NCBI GenBank assembly: GCA_051010055.1
Contig: JBPCVY010000044.1
Span: 3,634 to 67,633, forward strand
Source of the DNA: Hyphomicrobiales bacterium
GTDB taxonomy: Bacteria; Pseudomonadota; Alphaproteobacteria; Rhizobiales; CAJQND01
Length of the DNA: 64,000 bases
Reading direction: 5' to 3'
Positions 29,906 to 40,081 of this stretch are shown here, one piece after another; the stretch's first letter is position 1, and every line of letters starts with the position of its first letter. The translations under genes were made by a program, and so were the position numbers. The notes beneath the pieces were generated by a model. It was given only the letters and a program-made list of their open reading frames with translations, did no database searches and was not told the origin of the DNA.

Positions 29906-30709
29906 TTAATCTTCAATTCCAAGCACATCGGCCATCGAATAAAGACCGGGCTTTTTGTCGCGTCCCCAAAGTGCGGCCCGAACCGCGCCGTGCGCAAATA
30001 TTTCCCGCGATTCTGCCTTGTGAGTGAATTCAATCCGCTCAGCTTCCCCGGCAAACACAACCGTATGTTCGCCGACAACCGAGCCGCCGCGCAATGTGGC
30101 AAAACCTATATCACCGGCATGGCGCGCGCCCGTGTGGCCATCGCGCGAGCGCACCGAGCGCTGAGCCAGATTTATCTCGCGCCCTTCCGCTGCTGCCTCG
30201 CCCAGCATAAGAGCCGTGCCAGAAGGGGCATCCACCTTGTGGCGGTGGTGCATTTCCACAACTTCGACATCGAACTCTTCACCCAGCGCCTTTGCAACAC
30301 GCTTTACCATGGCGGCAAGCAGGTTGACGCCCAGGCTCATATTGCCGGCTTTGATGATGCGGGCATGGCGCGCTCCAGCTTTGATCTTAGCCTCATCATC
30401 ATCGGAAAATCCGGTTGTGCCGATGACATGGACAATGCGCGCCTGGGCGGCAAGGGTGCAATGTTCAACACTTGCCTGTGGTGATGAAAAATCGATAACG
30501 CCATCAATGGATGCAAACAGCTCCAGGGGTTTATCGGTGACAAAGGCGTCTATAGGCCCAAGACCTGCCAACTCGCCCATGTCGGCACCGATGAATTCAG
30601 AACCTGGGCGTTCGGTGCCACCGGCCACTTCACACCCTTCAGTTTGATGAACCAGCCGCGTGAGAGTGCGGCCCATACGCCCGCCTGCTCCGACAATCGC
30701 CAATCGCAT
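29906..30709 (-). CDS. dapB: 4-hydroxy-tetrahydrodipicolinate reductase
   Basis: [14 protein letters not shown]-terminus (ATG at 30709; the track uses the TTG at 30718) and the [15 protein letters not shown] motif. Confidence 0.9.
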   Translation of the reverse strand: MRLAIVGAGGRMGRTLTRLVHQTEGCEVAGGTERPGSEFIGADMGELAGLGPIDAFVTDKPLELFASIDGVIDFSSPQASVEHCTLAAQARIVHVIGTTGFSDDDEAKIKAGARHARIIKAGNMSLGVNLLAAMVKRVAKALGEEFDVEVVEMHHRHKVDAPSGTALMLGEAAAEGREINLAQRSVRSRDGHTGARHAGDIGFATLRGGSVVGEHTVVFAGEAERIEFTHKAESREIFAHGAVRAALWGRDKKPGLYSMADVLGIED

Positions 30710-30882
30710 CGTGCTCAAAATTTCACCCCATCAACCACTACTGTTTGGTATCATCACCTTGACGGCGTATAACAGCCGCAGACGAAATAAAAAAGAGGGA
30801 TGGCCACTCGCTTTGCCAAACAAGGCGCGATAGTGTCAAAGCGAAGGTTCATCTCCGAACGGGGAATTGGGAGAATCCACGC

Positions 30883-31314
30883 ATGGTGCACGTGCAGCAG
30901 TCTCTGGTTTTAAACGCCAGTGCAAGAGACGTTTGGGCCGTTGTCGGTGACTTTGACAAGCTGAACGAATGGCATCCGGCGGTTCAAAGCATTGAGGGCG
31001 AAACCACAGGCGAGGGCCGCTTGCGTTCCTTGGCGCTGCTCGGCGGCACAAAAAGGCTCATCGAAAAGCTGGATGAGGCAGACGAGGAAAACCTCTCTTA
31101 CTCCTACCACATTGTGGATGGGCCGCTTCCCGTTGCCGATTTCAAAAGCACTATTTCAGTTTCCCCTCATGAAGGCGAAACAGGGTGTATTGTCACCTGG
31201 GTTGCAAGTTTTGAAGCTGAAGGCACGACGGAAGAAGATGCCACCGCCATCATAAACGGTTATTTCACCGCTGGGCTGAGAGGGCTCAAAAAGCAATTCG
31301 GTGAAATGGTTTAA
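30883..31314 (+). CDS. SRPBCC (Bet v1/START-like) family protein
   Basis: 143 aa of START-like size and pattern (VWAVVGDFDKLNEWHP). GGGAGA RBS. Confidence 0.6.
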   Translation: MVHVQQSLVLNASARDVWAVVGDFDKLNEWHPAVQSIEGETTGEGRLRSLALLGGTKRLIEKLDEADEENLSYSYHIVDGPLPVADFKSTISVSPHEGETGCIVTWVASFEAEGTTEEDATAIINGYFTAGLRGLKKQFGEMV

Positions 31315-31329
31315 GGCGTGCTTGCGCGC

Positions 31330-31617
31330 TCAAACACCTTCAACAATGACAATGTCGGCAATTCCCGCACCATCACGGTGGACGCGGGCAGTCTGATATT
31401 CCGGCGAGTTATAGCAAGCGAGCGCGTCCTGATATGACTCAAACTCGATGACCACATTGCGCGGGCGGCCGTTTCCCTCAAGTTGGGTTGCCTCACCGCC
31501 GCGCGCCAGCACACGGGCATTGTATTTCTTGAAAGCCTCAGGCGAAGCATTGACGTAGTTTTGGTACAGATCAGGATCGTTCACAGTCACATGGGCAATC
31601 CAATATCCCTTGGCCAT
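31330..31617 (-). CDS. DUF1330 domain protein
   Basis: 95 aa from the ATG at 31617 (MAKGYWIAHVTVNDPDLYQNY), preceded by a GGGGAGAG RBS. The track ORF's upstream extension overlaps the dehydrogenase gene. Confidence 0.65.
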   Translation of the reverse strand: MAKGYWIAHVTVNDPDLYQNYVNASPEAFKKYNARVLARGGEATQLEGNGRPRNVVIEFESYQDALACYNSPEYQTARVHRDGAGIADIVIVEGV

Positions 31618-31636
31618 TTCTCTCTCCCCCTGTCCG

Positions 31637-32626
31637 TTAGACCATGGAAGGCAGCACCCGGTCAGGCGGGGTGTGGCCGTCGATGAAGGTTTTGATATTG
31701 ATGATGACTTTTTCACCCATGTCGATGCGCCCTTCAATTGTGGCCGATCCCATGTGGGGAAGAAGTACGACCCGATCGGATTTGACAAGCTTCGGGTTTA
31801 CCGCCGGTTCATGCTCGAACACATCAAGCCCTGCGCCGGCAATTTCGTTTGCCTCAAGCATTCGCGCCAGGGCGTTTTCATCGATCACCTCACCACGGGC
31901 AGTGTTGATGACGTAGGCATCCGGGCGCAACAGCTTGAGCCGGCGCGCCGACAATAAGTGATATGTTGCAGGTGTGTGCGGGCAGTTGATGGAAATAATA
32001 TCCATGCGGGCAAGCATTTGGTCGAGGCTGTCCCAATAGGTTGCCTCAAGCTCTTCCTCAATCACCGGATTGACCCGCCGGCGGTTATGATAATGGATTT
32101 GCAGGCCGAATGATTTGGCCCGGCGCGCAACAGCCTGACCAATGCGTCCCATTCCGACAATGCCAAGACGCTTTCCGTAAATCCTGTTGCCAAGCATCCA
32201 GGTGGGTGACCAGCCGGACCAGTTTTTGTCTGAACCGATAACCTGTGCGCCTTCCGGCAAACGCCGCGCAACCGCCAAAATGAGCGCCATGGTCATGTCG
32301 GCAGTGTCTTCAGTGAGAACGCCCGGCGTGTTGGTTACCAGAATGCCCCGGTTTGAGGCGGTTTCAATGTCGATATTGTCGACGCCGGTGCCGAAATTGG
32401 CGATCAGCTTCAAATTGGGCCCTGCCTGGCTCAAAATCGACTTATCGATGCGGTCTGTAACCGTCGGGACGAGAACGTCGGCTTCCTTGACGGCGGCGAC
32501 AAGCGCATCATGGTCCATTGGAGTATCGTCGATGTTGAGGCGTGTCTCGAACAGCTCACGCATTCTTGTTTCAACAACGTCCGGCAATTTCCGCGTAACG
32601 ATGACCAGCGGTTTTTGCGTGCTCAT
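31637..32626 (-). CDS. D-isomer-specific 2-hydroxyacid dehydrogenase (glyoxylate/hydroxypyruvate reductase-like)
   Basis: NAD-binding GIVGMGRIGQAVARRA and catalytic-region NTARG...LLPHMGSAT. The ATG at 32626 has a GGAGAGG RBS. Confidence 0.85.
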   Translation of the reverse strand: MSTQKPLVIVTRKLPDVVETRMRELFETRLNIDDTPMDHDALVAAVKEADVLVPTVTDRIDKSILSQAGPNLKLIANFGTGVDNIDIETASNRGILVTNTPGVLTEDTADMTMALILAVARRLPEGAQVIGSDKNWSGWSPTWMLGNRIYGKRLGIVGMGRIGQAVARRAKSFGLQIHYHNRRRVNPVIEEELEATYWDSLDQMLARMDIISINCPHTPATYHLLSARRLKLLRPDAYVINTARGEVIDENALARMLEANEIAGAGLDVFEHEPAVNPKLVKSDRVVLLPHMGSATIEGRIDMGEKVIINIKTFIDGHTPPDRVLPSMV

Positions 32627-32888
32627 TCGGGCCTCTCCGATGACTAGTGGCAAAAGTTAACTGATATTAAAGATAAATTTGCCAAAACGACACACTTCCA
32701 GTTTACTTCAGGTTTGTGTAAACTACACGATGACTTGTCTAGCAGACTGGCAATTGAAATTGGAAGAGGGGTTCTTCGGTATTAGATGAGGTAAGGTGGA
32801 AAAACTTGCGCCCTTAATGGGTAATCGGCAAGATTAACCGCATGGATGGTTTCTCTATAACCTGTTGAACTTTGGAGATAAAAAGGCG

Positions 32889-33482
32889 ATGGCGTTCAGA
32901 CGCGACAGGATATTCGCACTGGCGGGGCTCTGCGTCGGAGCATGCTTTGTCCTGGCCGCTGTCCTCTCCATCGTGTTCTCACAAGGCTCTGCCACTGCCA
33001 GCTACGGAAATGACGCAAATGCCGTAAAGGCCATGCCACCGGCAAAACTTGGCCCCAGTGGCCTGCCCGTACCACGCTTTGTTTCGCTGAAACGCAAGAA
33101 GGTTAACGTGCGCAAGGGTCCATCAACGGACCACCGTGTTAAATGGGTGTATACGTCCAAGGGTTATCCGGTTGAAATCATTGCTGAATCAGACAATTGG
33201 CGCAGGGTTCGAGATGCCCAGGGCGATGAAGGCTGGGTGTTCCACAGCCTGTTGTCCGGCAGCCGCACAGCAATCATCTCGCCGTGGGGGGAAGCCACTC
33301 AAATCCCGATGCTTTCTGAACCCCATGCCGGTTCACCAGTGGTTGCCAGCCTGAGTTCAGGGGTAATGGGCCTGGTTGATAACTGCAACGGCGAATGGTG
33401 CATGGTTGCGGTTACCGGATATTCCGGTTGGGTAGAACAAGGGCGTTTGTGGGGTATATATCCCGGCGAACGGTTCCAGTAA
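32889..33482 (+). CDS. Secreted/membrane-anchored bacterial SH3-like domain protein (DUF1058-like)
   Basis: N-terminal hydrophobic anchor, then LPVPRFVSLKRKKVNVRKGPS...GWVFHSLLSG, typical of SH3b-type repeats. The ATG at 32889 is preferred over the TTG at 32865. Confidence 0.6.
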   Translation: MAFRRDRIFALAGLCVGACFVLAAVLSIVFSQGSATASYGNDANAVKAMPPAKLGPSGLPVPRFVSLKRKKVNVRKGPSTDHRVKWVYTSKGYPVEIIAESDNWRRVRDAQGDEGWVFHSLLSGSRTAIISPWGEATQIPMLSEPHAGSPVVASLSSGVMGLVDNCNGEWCMVAVTGYSGWVEQGRLWGIYPGERFQ

Positions 33483-33485
33483 GCC

Positions 33486-33896
33486 TTATTTCGCGGCCAG
33501 GCGGACAATCACATCAATACGGTTGATCTCAGTGTCGGAAGGAAGGTCCGGCAGGCCCATGACGCGCATGTCGTCACCTTCGATATCCACCAGGCTGCCA
33601 TCTTCTTCCATATAAAAATGGTAATGATTTGAAGTGTTTGTGTCGAACAGGGTGCGCGCACCGTCAATGGCGACCTCGCGCAAAAGACCCGCATCGGTAA
33701 ACTGGTTAAGCGTATTGTAGATTGTTGCAAGCGAAACCGGAATCTGCGCATTCACCGCTTCATCGTGAATTTGCTCGGCCGAAAAATGCCTGTCACCGTC
33801 ACTATAAAGCAGTTCTGCCAAGGCCACCCGCTGGCGCGTTGGGCGCAGACCCGCATCACGCAGTTTGTTAATTACTTCACACACATTCATGGACAT
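33486..33896 (-). CDS. irr: Fur-family iron response regulator Irr
   Basis: LRPTRQRVALAELL...SLATIYNTLNQFTDAGLLREV closely resembles rhizobial Irr. It is divergent from fabA as in Rhizobiales. The ATG at 33896 has an AAGGA RBS. Confidence 0.8.
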   Translation of the reverse strand: MSMNVCEVINKLRDAGLRPTRQRVALAELLYSDGDRHFSAEQIHDEAVNAQIPVSLATIYNTLNQFTDAGLLREVAIDGARTLFDTNTSNHYHFYMEEDGSLVDIEGDDMRVMGLPDLPSDTEINRIDVIVRLAAK

Positions 33897-33959
33897 GCCG
33901 TAATCCTTATCCACAGCCCGAATCCGGCCGGCACGCAAAGGCCGGGAATTAGTCTCACT

Positions 33960-34014
33960 TAGAACAATCTTCTATATACCCTTATTGCGAGCTGTTCGCA
34001 ATCTGCGAATCGCA
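33960..34014. promoter_or_regulatory. Cluster of palindromes in irr-fabA divergent intergenic region (candidate operators)
   Basis: TAGAA-caatc-TTCTA at 33960-33974. ATTGCGA-gctgt-TCGCAAT at 33984-34002, overlapping TTCGCA-atc-TGCGAA and TGCGA-a-TCGCA up to 34014. Confidence 0.35.
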
Positions 34015-34146
34015 TCCGGTGCGTTCAACGTCAAATCTGAAAAATATTGCTGGCAAAATGGCAACTGTTTTGTGTTCCGATTGCCGCCGCGCTGTGGTAC
34101 CTAACTGATTTGCAACGTGCATTTTGTTGAGGGGCGGGTGCAGTTT

Positions 34147-34662
34147 ATGAGTGAGCGCAAATCAAGCTTCGATTACGAGGGGCTGTTGTCGTGCGGCCGT
34201 GGTGAATTGTTCGGACCGGGCAATGCGCAGTTGCCCTTGCCGCCAATGCTGATGTTCGACCGCATTTCGTCTATATCCGAAGATGGTGGGCCAGATGGCA
34301 AGGGCCAGATAGTGGCGGAGCTGGATGTCACGCCGGACTTGTGGTTTTTCGCCTGCCATTTTCAGGGCGACCCTGTGATGCCAGGTTGTCTTGGCCTTGA
34401 CGCGTTGTGGCAGATGACAGGGTTTTTCCTCGGCTGGCTGGGCCTGGAAGGTAAAGGGCGCGCCCTTGCTGCTGGCGAGATTAAATTCACCGGCATGGTG
34501 ACCCCCGATGTGAAAAAGGTCGAATACATCGTGAATTTCAAGCGCGTCATCAATCGCCGCCTGGTTTTAGGTATCGCTGACGGGTTGCTAAAAGCGGATG
34601 GAGAGACCATCTACACGGCAAATGATCTGCGCGTTGGGCTATTCAAGCCGGAAAGCGCTTGA
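34147..34662 (+). CDS. fabA: 3-hydroxydecanoyl-ACP dehydratase/isomerase
   Basis: [23 protein letters not shown] active-site region. 171 aa from the ATG at 34147. Confidence 0.92.
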   Translation: MSERKSSFDYEGLLSCGRGELFGPGNAQLPLPPMLMFDRISSISEDGGPDGKGQIVAELDVTPDLWFFACHFQGDPVMPGCLGLDALWQMTGFFLGWLGLEGKGRALAAGEIKFTGMVTPDVKKVEYIVNFKRVINRRLVLGIADGLLKADGETIYTANDLRVGLFKPESA

Positions 34663-34743
34663 GTGCGCAATTCCACTACAGTCTTCACAGGCTGCCCGGT
34701 AAATGACAGAATATAAGCAACAGATAAAAAGGGGTTTGCGTCC

Positions 34744-35961
34744 ATGAGGCGAGTTGTCGTCACAGGAATAGGAATTGTCTCTTCCATTGGCAACAATGCC
34801 GAGGAAGTCACCGCCTCCCTGCACGAAGCAAAATCAGGAATTGTCAAAGCTGACGAGTATGAAGAGCTCGGCTTCCGCTGCCAGGTGCACGGCGCGCCCA
34901 CGCTTGACGTGGAAGAGGCTGTTGACCGCCGGGTGCGGCGTTTCATGGGTGAGGGCGCTGCCTGGAACTATGTTTCCATGGAACAGGCCATCGCCAATTC
35001 CGGCCTTGAAGAGGACGACATCAAGTCCGAGCGCACCGGTATAATCATGGGCTCTGGCGGACCGTCGACAAAGGTACTTATCCAGGCGGCCGACACTACC
35101 CGCGAAAAGGGGCCCAAACGCATAGGCCCGTTTGCGGTGCCGGCCTGCATGTCTTCAACCAACTCGGCCACACTGGCCACGCCTTTCGGCATAAGGGGTG
35201 TCAATTACTCCATTTCATCCGCATGCGCCACGTCGACCCACTGCATCGGCAACGCTGCCGAGCTCATTCAGTGGGGCAAGCAGGATGTGATGTTCGCTGG
35301 CGGCGGCGAAGCGCTCGACTGGTCAATGTCCAACCTGTTTGATGCCATGGGCGCCATGTCATCCAAGCACAATGACACGCCGGAAAGCGCAAGCCGTGCG
35401 TATGATGTCACCCGGGATGGGTTTGTCATCGCCGGGGGTGCTGGCGTGCTGATTTTGGAAGAACTTGAGCGGGCAAAGGCGCGCGGCGCCAAGATTTACT
35501 GCGAGCTTACCGGGTATGGCGCGACATCTGACGGCTACGACATGGTGCAACCCTCCGGCGAGGGAGCGGTGCGGTGCATGAAACAGGCTCTGGCAACGGT
35601 CGATAGCAAGATTGACTATATCAATCCGCACGCAACATCCACACCGATTGGCGATGAACGGGAAGTTGAAGCCATCCGCGAAGTGTTCGGCGATGACATT
35701 CCGCCGATTTCGGGCACCAAATCGCTCACCGGCCACAGCCTTGGCGCAGCTGGCGTTCAGGAGGCAATTTATTCCATCTTGATGATGCAGAACGGTTTCA
35801 TTTGCGAAAGCGCGCATATCACGGAAATTGACCCGTTGTTTGCCGACATTCCAGTTGTGCGTGAACGCCAGGATGATGTTGAAATCAACACCGTCTTGTC
35901 CAACAGCTTCGGGTTTGGCGGCACCAACGGATGCCTTGTCTTCCAGCGGTACTCCGGTTAA
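34744..35961 (+). CDS. fabB: Beta-ketoacyl-ACP synthase I
   Basis: Active-site SSACATS, and the HATSTP and GHSLGAAG motifs. 405 aa, immediately after fabA. Confidence 0.92.
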   Translation: MRRVVVTGIGIVSSIGNNAEEVTASLHEAKSGIVKADEYEELGFRCQVHGAPTLDVEEAVDRRVRRFMGEGAAWNYVSMEQAIANSGLEEDDIKSERTGIIMGSGGPSTKVLIQAADTTREKGPKRIGPFAVPACMSSTNSATLATPFGIRGVNYSISSACATSTHCIGNAAELIQWGKQDVMFAGGGEALDWSMSNLFDAMGAMSSKHNDTPESASRAYDVTRDGFVIAGGAGVLILEELERAKARGAKIYCELTGYGATSDGYDMVQPSGEGAVRCMKQALATVDSKIDYINPHATSTPIGDEREVEAIREVFGDDIPPISGTKSLTGHSLGAAGVQEAIYSILMMQNGFICESAHITEIDPLFADIPVVRERQDDVEINTVLSNSFGFGGTNGCLVFQRYSG

Positions 35962-35997
35962 TCCGGCCTCTACAGAGAATTTGAGTACAGGATCACC

Positions 35998-36825
35998 ATG
36001 CCAAACAGTGAAATGCCTTCCGCTGGCCCGCTCATGAAGGGCAAACGCGGCCTTGTTATGGGCGTTGCCAACAACCATTCCATCGCATGGGGCGCAGCAC
36101 GCATGCTGGCCGCCCAAGGGGCTGAACTTGCCTTTACCTATCAAGGCGAAGCATTTGGCAAGCGCGTGCAGCCTCTGGCAGAAAGCGTTGGCTCATCACT
36201 GGTGATGCCGTGCGATGTGGAAGATATCGGCACGGTTGATGCCGTGTTCGACACGCTTGGCAAGGAATGGGGCGGCATCGACTTTGTTGTCCATGCCATC
36301 GCTTATTCCGACAAGAACGAGCTGAAGGGGAAATACGCCGACACCACCCGCGATAACTTCATCCGCACCATGGTGATCTCGTGCTTTTCGTTTACCGAGA
36401 TCGCAAAGCGGGCAGCTGCGCTCATGAACGATGGCGGCTCTCTCGTTACGCTCACATATGGCGGCGCCACCCGGGTGATGCCGAATTACAATGTTATGGG
36501 CGTTGCGAAAGCTGCACTTGAATCTTCGGTACGCTATCTCGCCTCCGACTATGGCGCCAGTGGCATTCGCGTGAACGCCATTTCAGCTGGCCCGATGCGC
36601 ACCCTTGCCGGTGCTGGTATTGCCGATGCCCGGGCCATGTTCTCTTTCCAACGCCAGCATTCGCCCCTGCGCCGGCCGGTCACTCTCGATGAAGTTGGCG
36701 GGGCAGCCTTGTATCTTTTGAGTGACTTGTCTGGCGGCGTTACCGGCGAAGTACATTTCGTAGATGCCGGCTACAACATCATATCTACTCCGCGCCCGGA
36801 GGATATGAACGGCGGCGAAAACTAA
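35998..36825 (+). CDS. fabI: Enoyl-ACP reductase (NADH)
   Basis: GVANNHSIAWG nucleotide-binding motif and the Y-x6-K region (NYNVMGVAKAALE). Confidence 0.9.
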   Translation: MPNSEMPSAGPLMKGKRGLVMGVANNHSIAWGAARMLAAQGAELAFTYQGEAFGKRVQPLAESVGSSLVMPCDVEDIGTVDAVFDTLGKEWGGIDFVVHAIAYSDKNELKGKYADTTRDNFIRTMVISCFSFTEIAKRAAALMNDGGSLVTLTYGGATRVMPNYNVMGVAKAALESSVRYLASDYGASGIRVNAISAGPMRTLAGAGIADARAMFSFQRQHSPLRRPVTLDEVGGAALYLLSDLSGGVTGEVHFVDAGYNIISTPRPEDMNGGEN

Positions 36826-36850
36826 CGCTGTTTTTATCCATCTTTCCATT

Positions 36851-36867
36851 ATATCAATAATATCAAT
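36851..36867. repeat. Tandem direct repeat ATATCAAT-A-ATATCAAT in AT-rich spacer
   Basis: Read directly: atatcaat at 36851-36858 and again at 36860-36867. Nested palindromes follow (GTCAATTGA...ATTGAC, about 36894-36935). Confidence 0.5.
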
Positions 36868-36992
36868 TTCTTAACGTCATTGCTCTTTCTTCCGGTCAAT
36901 TGATTTTCGTCAAAAAACATTGACTCGCACTATTTTCCTTGGAACTCTACTTCACTGAGGGGTGGAAAATCTCAGCAAAGTAAGGATGTCCT

Positions 36993-37346
36993 ATGAAAAA
37001 GAGTATCTGTGTTCTGGTAGCGGCGGCAGGGCTGTTTCTGCTACCACCTGCTGAAAATGTCGTGGCTCAGGAAACTGTTGCGGATCCGGTTAGCCTTTTT
37101 GGCGGTAATGGCCGGTATTGGATTCCAAGAAGTGGTGACGGCAAGGGCATCATCAGGCTCTACCGGGATGGTTCAGCCGTTATGCTGTGGAACAATCAAT
37201 GGACGTACAGGGGAAGCTGGACCCAAGATGGCAACCGGGTAACAACCCAGTGGGAAGACGGCGCTCCTGTGAGCGGAAACAGCTGGACGATCCGTCCGAA
37301 CGACGACCCTGACAAGCAATATACCGCTAGCAGCGAAAAACCCTAA
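36993..37346 (+). CDS. Hypothetical small secreted protein (Trp-rich), no family recognised
   Basis: Signal-peptide-like N-terminus MKKSICVLVAAAGLFLLPPAENVVAQE, an AAGGA RBS, and a terminator hairpin downstream. Confidence 0.5.
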   Translation: MKKSICVLVAAAGLFLLPPAENVVAQETVADPVSLFGGNGRYWIPRSGDGKGIIRLYRDGSAVMLWNNQWTYRGSWTQDGNRVTTQWEDGAPVSGNSWTIRPNDDPDKQYTASSEKP

Positions 37347-37372
37347 ATTCGCCTACAGGCATCAACGAAAAT

Positions 37373-37401
37373 GGGGGCGGATATTCCGCCCCCAATGTTT
37401 T
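37373..37401. terminator. Bidirectional intrinsic terminator between hypothetical gene and pnp
   Basis: A GGGGGCGGA-tat-TCCGCCCCC hairpin (37373-37393) is flanked by a T-run on the plus strand (aatgttttt) and an A-run upstream, which reads as a T-run on the minus strand. Confidence 0.7.
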
Positions 37402-37425
37402 TCAGATTTCCGTTTTCAGGAAAAC

Positions 37426-39558
37426 TCATTCAGCGTCGGCTGTTTCTTCAACCTTCGACAGGTCGTCACCGGTTTCCTGGTCTACCTGCTTCATAGAAAG
37501 GCGCACCTTGCCGCGATTGTCAAAGCCAAGAAGTTTCACCTTCACCTCATCGCCTTCATTGACAATGTCGGTAACCTTCTCAACCCGGCGCGGGGCAAGT
37601 TCGGAAATATGCACCAATCCATCCTTAGCGCCGAAGAAGTTCACAAAAGCACCGAAATCCATCACCTTGACAACCTTGCCGTCATAAATGACGCCAACTT
37701 CAGGCTCTGATGTCAGTGACTTAATCCAATTCACTGCAGCTTCGATGGATGCGGAATCATTGGCGGCAACCTGAACGGTGCCATCATCTTCCACATTCAC
37801 CTTGGCGCCGGTTTCTTCGACGATCTGGCGGATAATCTTGCCGCCTGTGCCGATCACGTCACGGATTTTGTCAACCGGGATCTTGAGCTGCTCGATGCGC
37901 GGTGCAAACTCGCCGGTTTCCTCGCGTGCTTCGGTAAGCGCCTTGGCCATTTCACCAAGAATATGCACACGGCCACCCTTGGCCTGCTTAAGTGCGATTT
38001 TCATGATCTCTTCGGTAATACCGGTGATCTTGATATCCATCTGCAGAGAGGTAATGCCTTCTTCTGTGCCGGCCACCTTAAAGTCCATATCACCGAGATG
38101 GTCTTCATCACCGAGAATATCGGACAGGACAGCGAAATCGTCACCTTCCTTGATAAGACCCATGGCGATGCCGGATACCGGACGTTTGATCGGAACACCA
38201 GCATCCATCAGCGCCAGCGAACTGCCGCAAACGGTGGCCATGGAGGATGAGCCGTTGGATTCGGTAATTTCCGAAACCAGGCGCAGTGTGTAAGGGAACT
38301 CTTCCTTGGTGGGCAGAACCGGATGAAGCGCGCGCCATGCGAGCTTGCCGTGGCCCACTTCGCGACGGCCGGTAAATCCGACACGGCCAACCTCACCGAC
38401 CGAGAACGGCGGGAAGTTGTAGTGCAACAGGAAGTTTTCCTTATAGGTGCCTTCCAGGGCATCGATGAACTGCTCATCTTCGCCGGTGCCAAGCGTGGTC
38501 ACGACAAGGGCCTGTGTTTCACCACGGGTAAACAGGGCCGTGCCGTGCGCGCGGGGCAGAAAGCCGACTTCACATTCGATCTGGCGGACCTGATCAAGCT
38601 TGCGGCCATCAATGCGCTTTTTAGTCTTCAGGATCGAGCCGCGCACGATTTCTTTTTCAACCGACTTGAAACAACCGCCAACTTCGGTCGGATCATTTTC
38701 ATTGTCTTCGCCGCACAGTTTCTCCAGCACTTTGTCTTTTGCAGCAGCAACCATGTCCTGCCGGGTCATCTTGTCAGCCTCTTTGTAAGCCTTTTCAAGA
38801 TCCTTGCCGGCAAGCTTGCGTACCTGATCGGTCAGTTTCGAGTGATCCGGAACTTCGACGTCGCGCGGTTCGCGCGCAGCACGTTCTGCGAGATCGATAA
38901 TGGCGTCCATTACCGCCTGCATTTCACGGTGTCCAAACATGACAGCGCCCAGCATTGTGTCCTCGTCAAGCTCATTGGCTTCCGATTCCACCATCAGGAC
39001 AGCGTCCTGAGTGCCCGCAACAACAAGGTCAAGAGCGCTATCTTCCATCTGGTCGAGTTCCGGGTTGAGCACAAACTCGCCATCAATGAGACCAACCCTT
39101 GCCGCGCCAATCGGCCCCATGAAAGGGATACCGGAAAGGGTGAGTGCGGCCGATGTTGCCACCAAGGCAACAATATCGGGGTCGTTTTCCATATCATGCG
39201 AAAGAACTGTTGCGATCACCTGGGTTTCGTTCTTGAACCCTTTGGCGAACAGCGGGCGGATTGGCCGGTCGATGAGGCGGGAAACAAGGGTTTCCTTCTC
39301 ACTGGGGCGGCCTTCACGCTTGAAAAACCCGCCTGGGATCTTCCCGGCGGCATAAGTCTTTTCTTGGTAGTTGACGGTGAGCGGGAAGAAATCAATCCCC
39401 TCTCTTGGCGATCTTGCTGCCACTGATGTGGCCATCACCGTCGTGTCGCCGTAGGTAACGACAACCGCGCCATCAGCCTGACGGGCAACTTTACCTGTTT
39501 CGATCTTGAGCGGACGTCCGCCCCATTCAATTTCTACGGTCTGAATATCAAACATCAT
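37426..39558 (-). CDS. pnp: Polyribonucleotide nucleotidyltransferase (PNPase)
   Basis: 710 aa with two RNase PH domains ([10 protein letters not shown]) plus C-terminal KH and S1 domains. Confidence 0.97.
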   Translation of the reverse strand: MMFDIQTVEIEWGGRPLKIETGKVARQADGAVVVTYGDTTVMATSVAARSPREGIDFFPLTVNYQEKTYAAGKIPGGFFKREGRPSEKETLVSRLIDRPIRPLFAKGFKNETQVIATVLSHDMENDPDIVALVATSAALTLSGIPFMGPIGAARVGLIDGEFVLNPELDQMEDSALDLVVAGTQDAVLMVESEANELDEDTMLGAVMFGHREMQAVMDAIIDLAERAAREPRDVEVPDHSKLTDQVRKLAGKDLEKAYKEADKMTRQDMVAAAKDKVLEKLCGEDNENDPTEVGGCFKSVEKEIVRGSILKTKKRIDGRKLDQVRQIECEVGFLPRAHGTALFTRGETQALVVTTLGTGEDEQFIDALEGTYKENFLLHYNFPPFSVGEVGRVGFTGRREVGHGKLAWRALHPVLPTKEEFPYTLRLVSEITESNGSSSMATVCGSSLALMDAGVPIKRPVSGIAMGLIKEGDDFAVLSDILGDEDHLGDMDFKVAGTEEGITSLQMDIKITGITEEIMKIALKQAKGGRVHILGEMAKALTEAREETGEFAPRIEQLKIPVDKIRDVIGTGGKIIRQIVEETGAKVNVEDDGTVQVAANDSASIEAAVNWIKSLTSEPEVGVIYDGKVVKVMDFGAFVNFFGAKDGLVHISELAPRRVEKVTDIVNEGDEVKVKLLGFDNRGKVRLSMKQVDQETGDDLSKVEETADAE

Positions 39559-39655
39559 CTTTCCTTAATGTGCCCAGCCGCCCTTCGTTCACATGCGGTA
39601 TACCTTGGAGGGCACGATGAACCCGCGGCCCCATTGCCTCAGGTTCGAACCATTC

Positions 39656-39723
39656 GCCCCGGTTGCGGACCTCCGCACCGGGGCACGGCAACCATGGTTG
39701 CCGGTCGTCGGAAAATGCGGAGG
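39656..39723 (-). promoter_or_regulatory. Structured rpsO-pnp intergenic leader (mutually exclusive long hairpins)
   Basis: Hairpin A: 39656-39668 pairs with 39673-39684 (12 bp, 1 bulge). Hairpin B: outer stem 39670-39677/39716-39723 (CCTCCGCA/TGCGGAGG) encloses inner stem 39686-39692/39697-39703 (CGGCAAC/GTTGCCG). A and B share nucleotides. Confidence 0.45.
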
Positions 39724-39773
39724 CCAGACGTGAACATTCCGCGCCGGCCCGCACTTTTTCTTGATTTACGCTG

Positions 39774-40043
39774 TTAGCGGCGAATACCAAGCTTTTTGAT
39801 GAGGTCCTGGTAGCGGGCCTCTTCCTTCGCCTTTACATAATCCAGAAGCTTGCGGCGCTGCGAAACCATTTTCAAAAGGCCGCGCCGGGAATGGTTATCT
39901 TTTTTATGTGACTGGAAATGTCCGGTGAGGTTGTTGATGCGCTCGGTCAGGATAGCCACCTGAACTTCCGGCGAACCGGTATCACCCTTGGTTGTGCCAA
40001 ACTCTTCGATGAGCGCAGCTTTGCGCTCTGCAGATATCGACAT
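39774..40043 (-). CDS. rpsO: 30S ribosomal protein S15
   Basis: 89 aa from the ATG at 40043 ([15 protein letters not shown]...[17 protein letters not shown]). Confidence 0.95.
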   Translation of the reverse strand: MSISAERKAALIEEFGTTKGDTGSPEVQVAILTERINNLTGHFQSHKKDNHSRRGLLKMVSQRRKLLDYVKAKEEARYQDLIKKLGIRR

Positions 40044-40081
40044 CGGTTGCTCCTGTCTATTCTGTGCCGGAAATGTCCAGC

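Noticed and set aside
33960-33974. Calling this a bona fide Irr ICE box.
   Set aside because: The half-sites TAGAA/TTCTA are separated by 5 nt. The canonical TTTAGAA-N3-TTCTAAA is not matched, so it is kept only as an ICE-like candidate in the findings.
35359-36144. A 261-aa minus-strand ORF antisense to fabB and the fabI start. Similar long antisense ORFs occur at 29699-30484 (opposite dapB), 2182-2934 (opposite hyuA), 20431-20988 (opposite hisB) and 41582-42232 / 42338-42883 (opposite infB).
   Set aside because: All lie opposite genes with clear catalytic motifs and have no RBS or motif support.
38323-39426. A 367-aa plus-strand ORF antisense to pnp.
   Set aside because: It lies opposite a near-certain PNPase gene, has no recognisable motifs, and shows compositional bias (F/H/R-rich) consistent with a spurious antisense frame.
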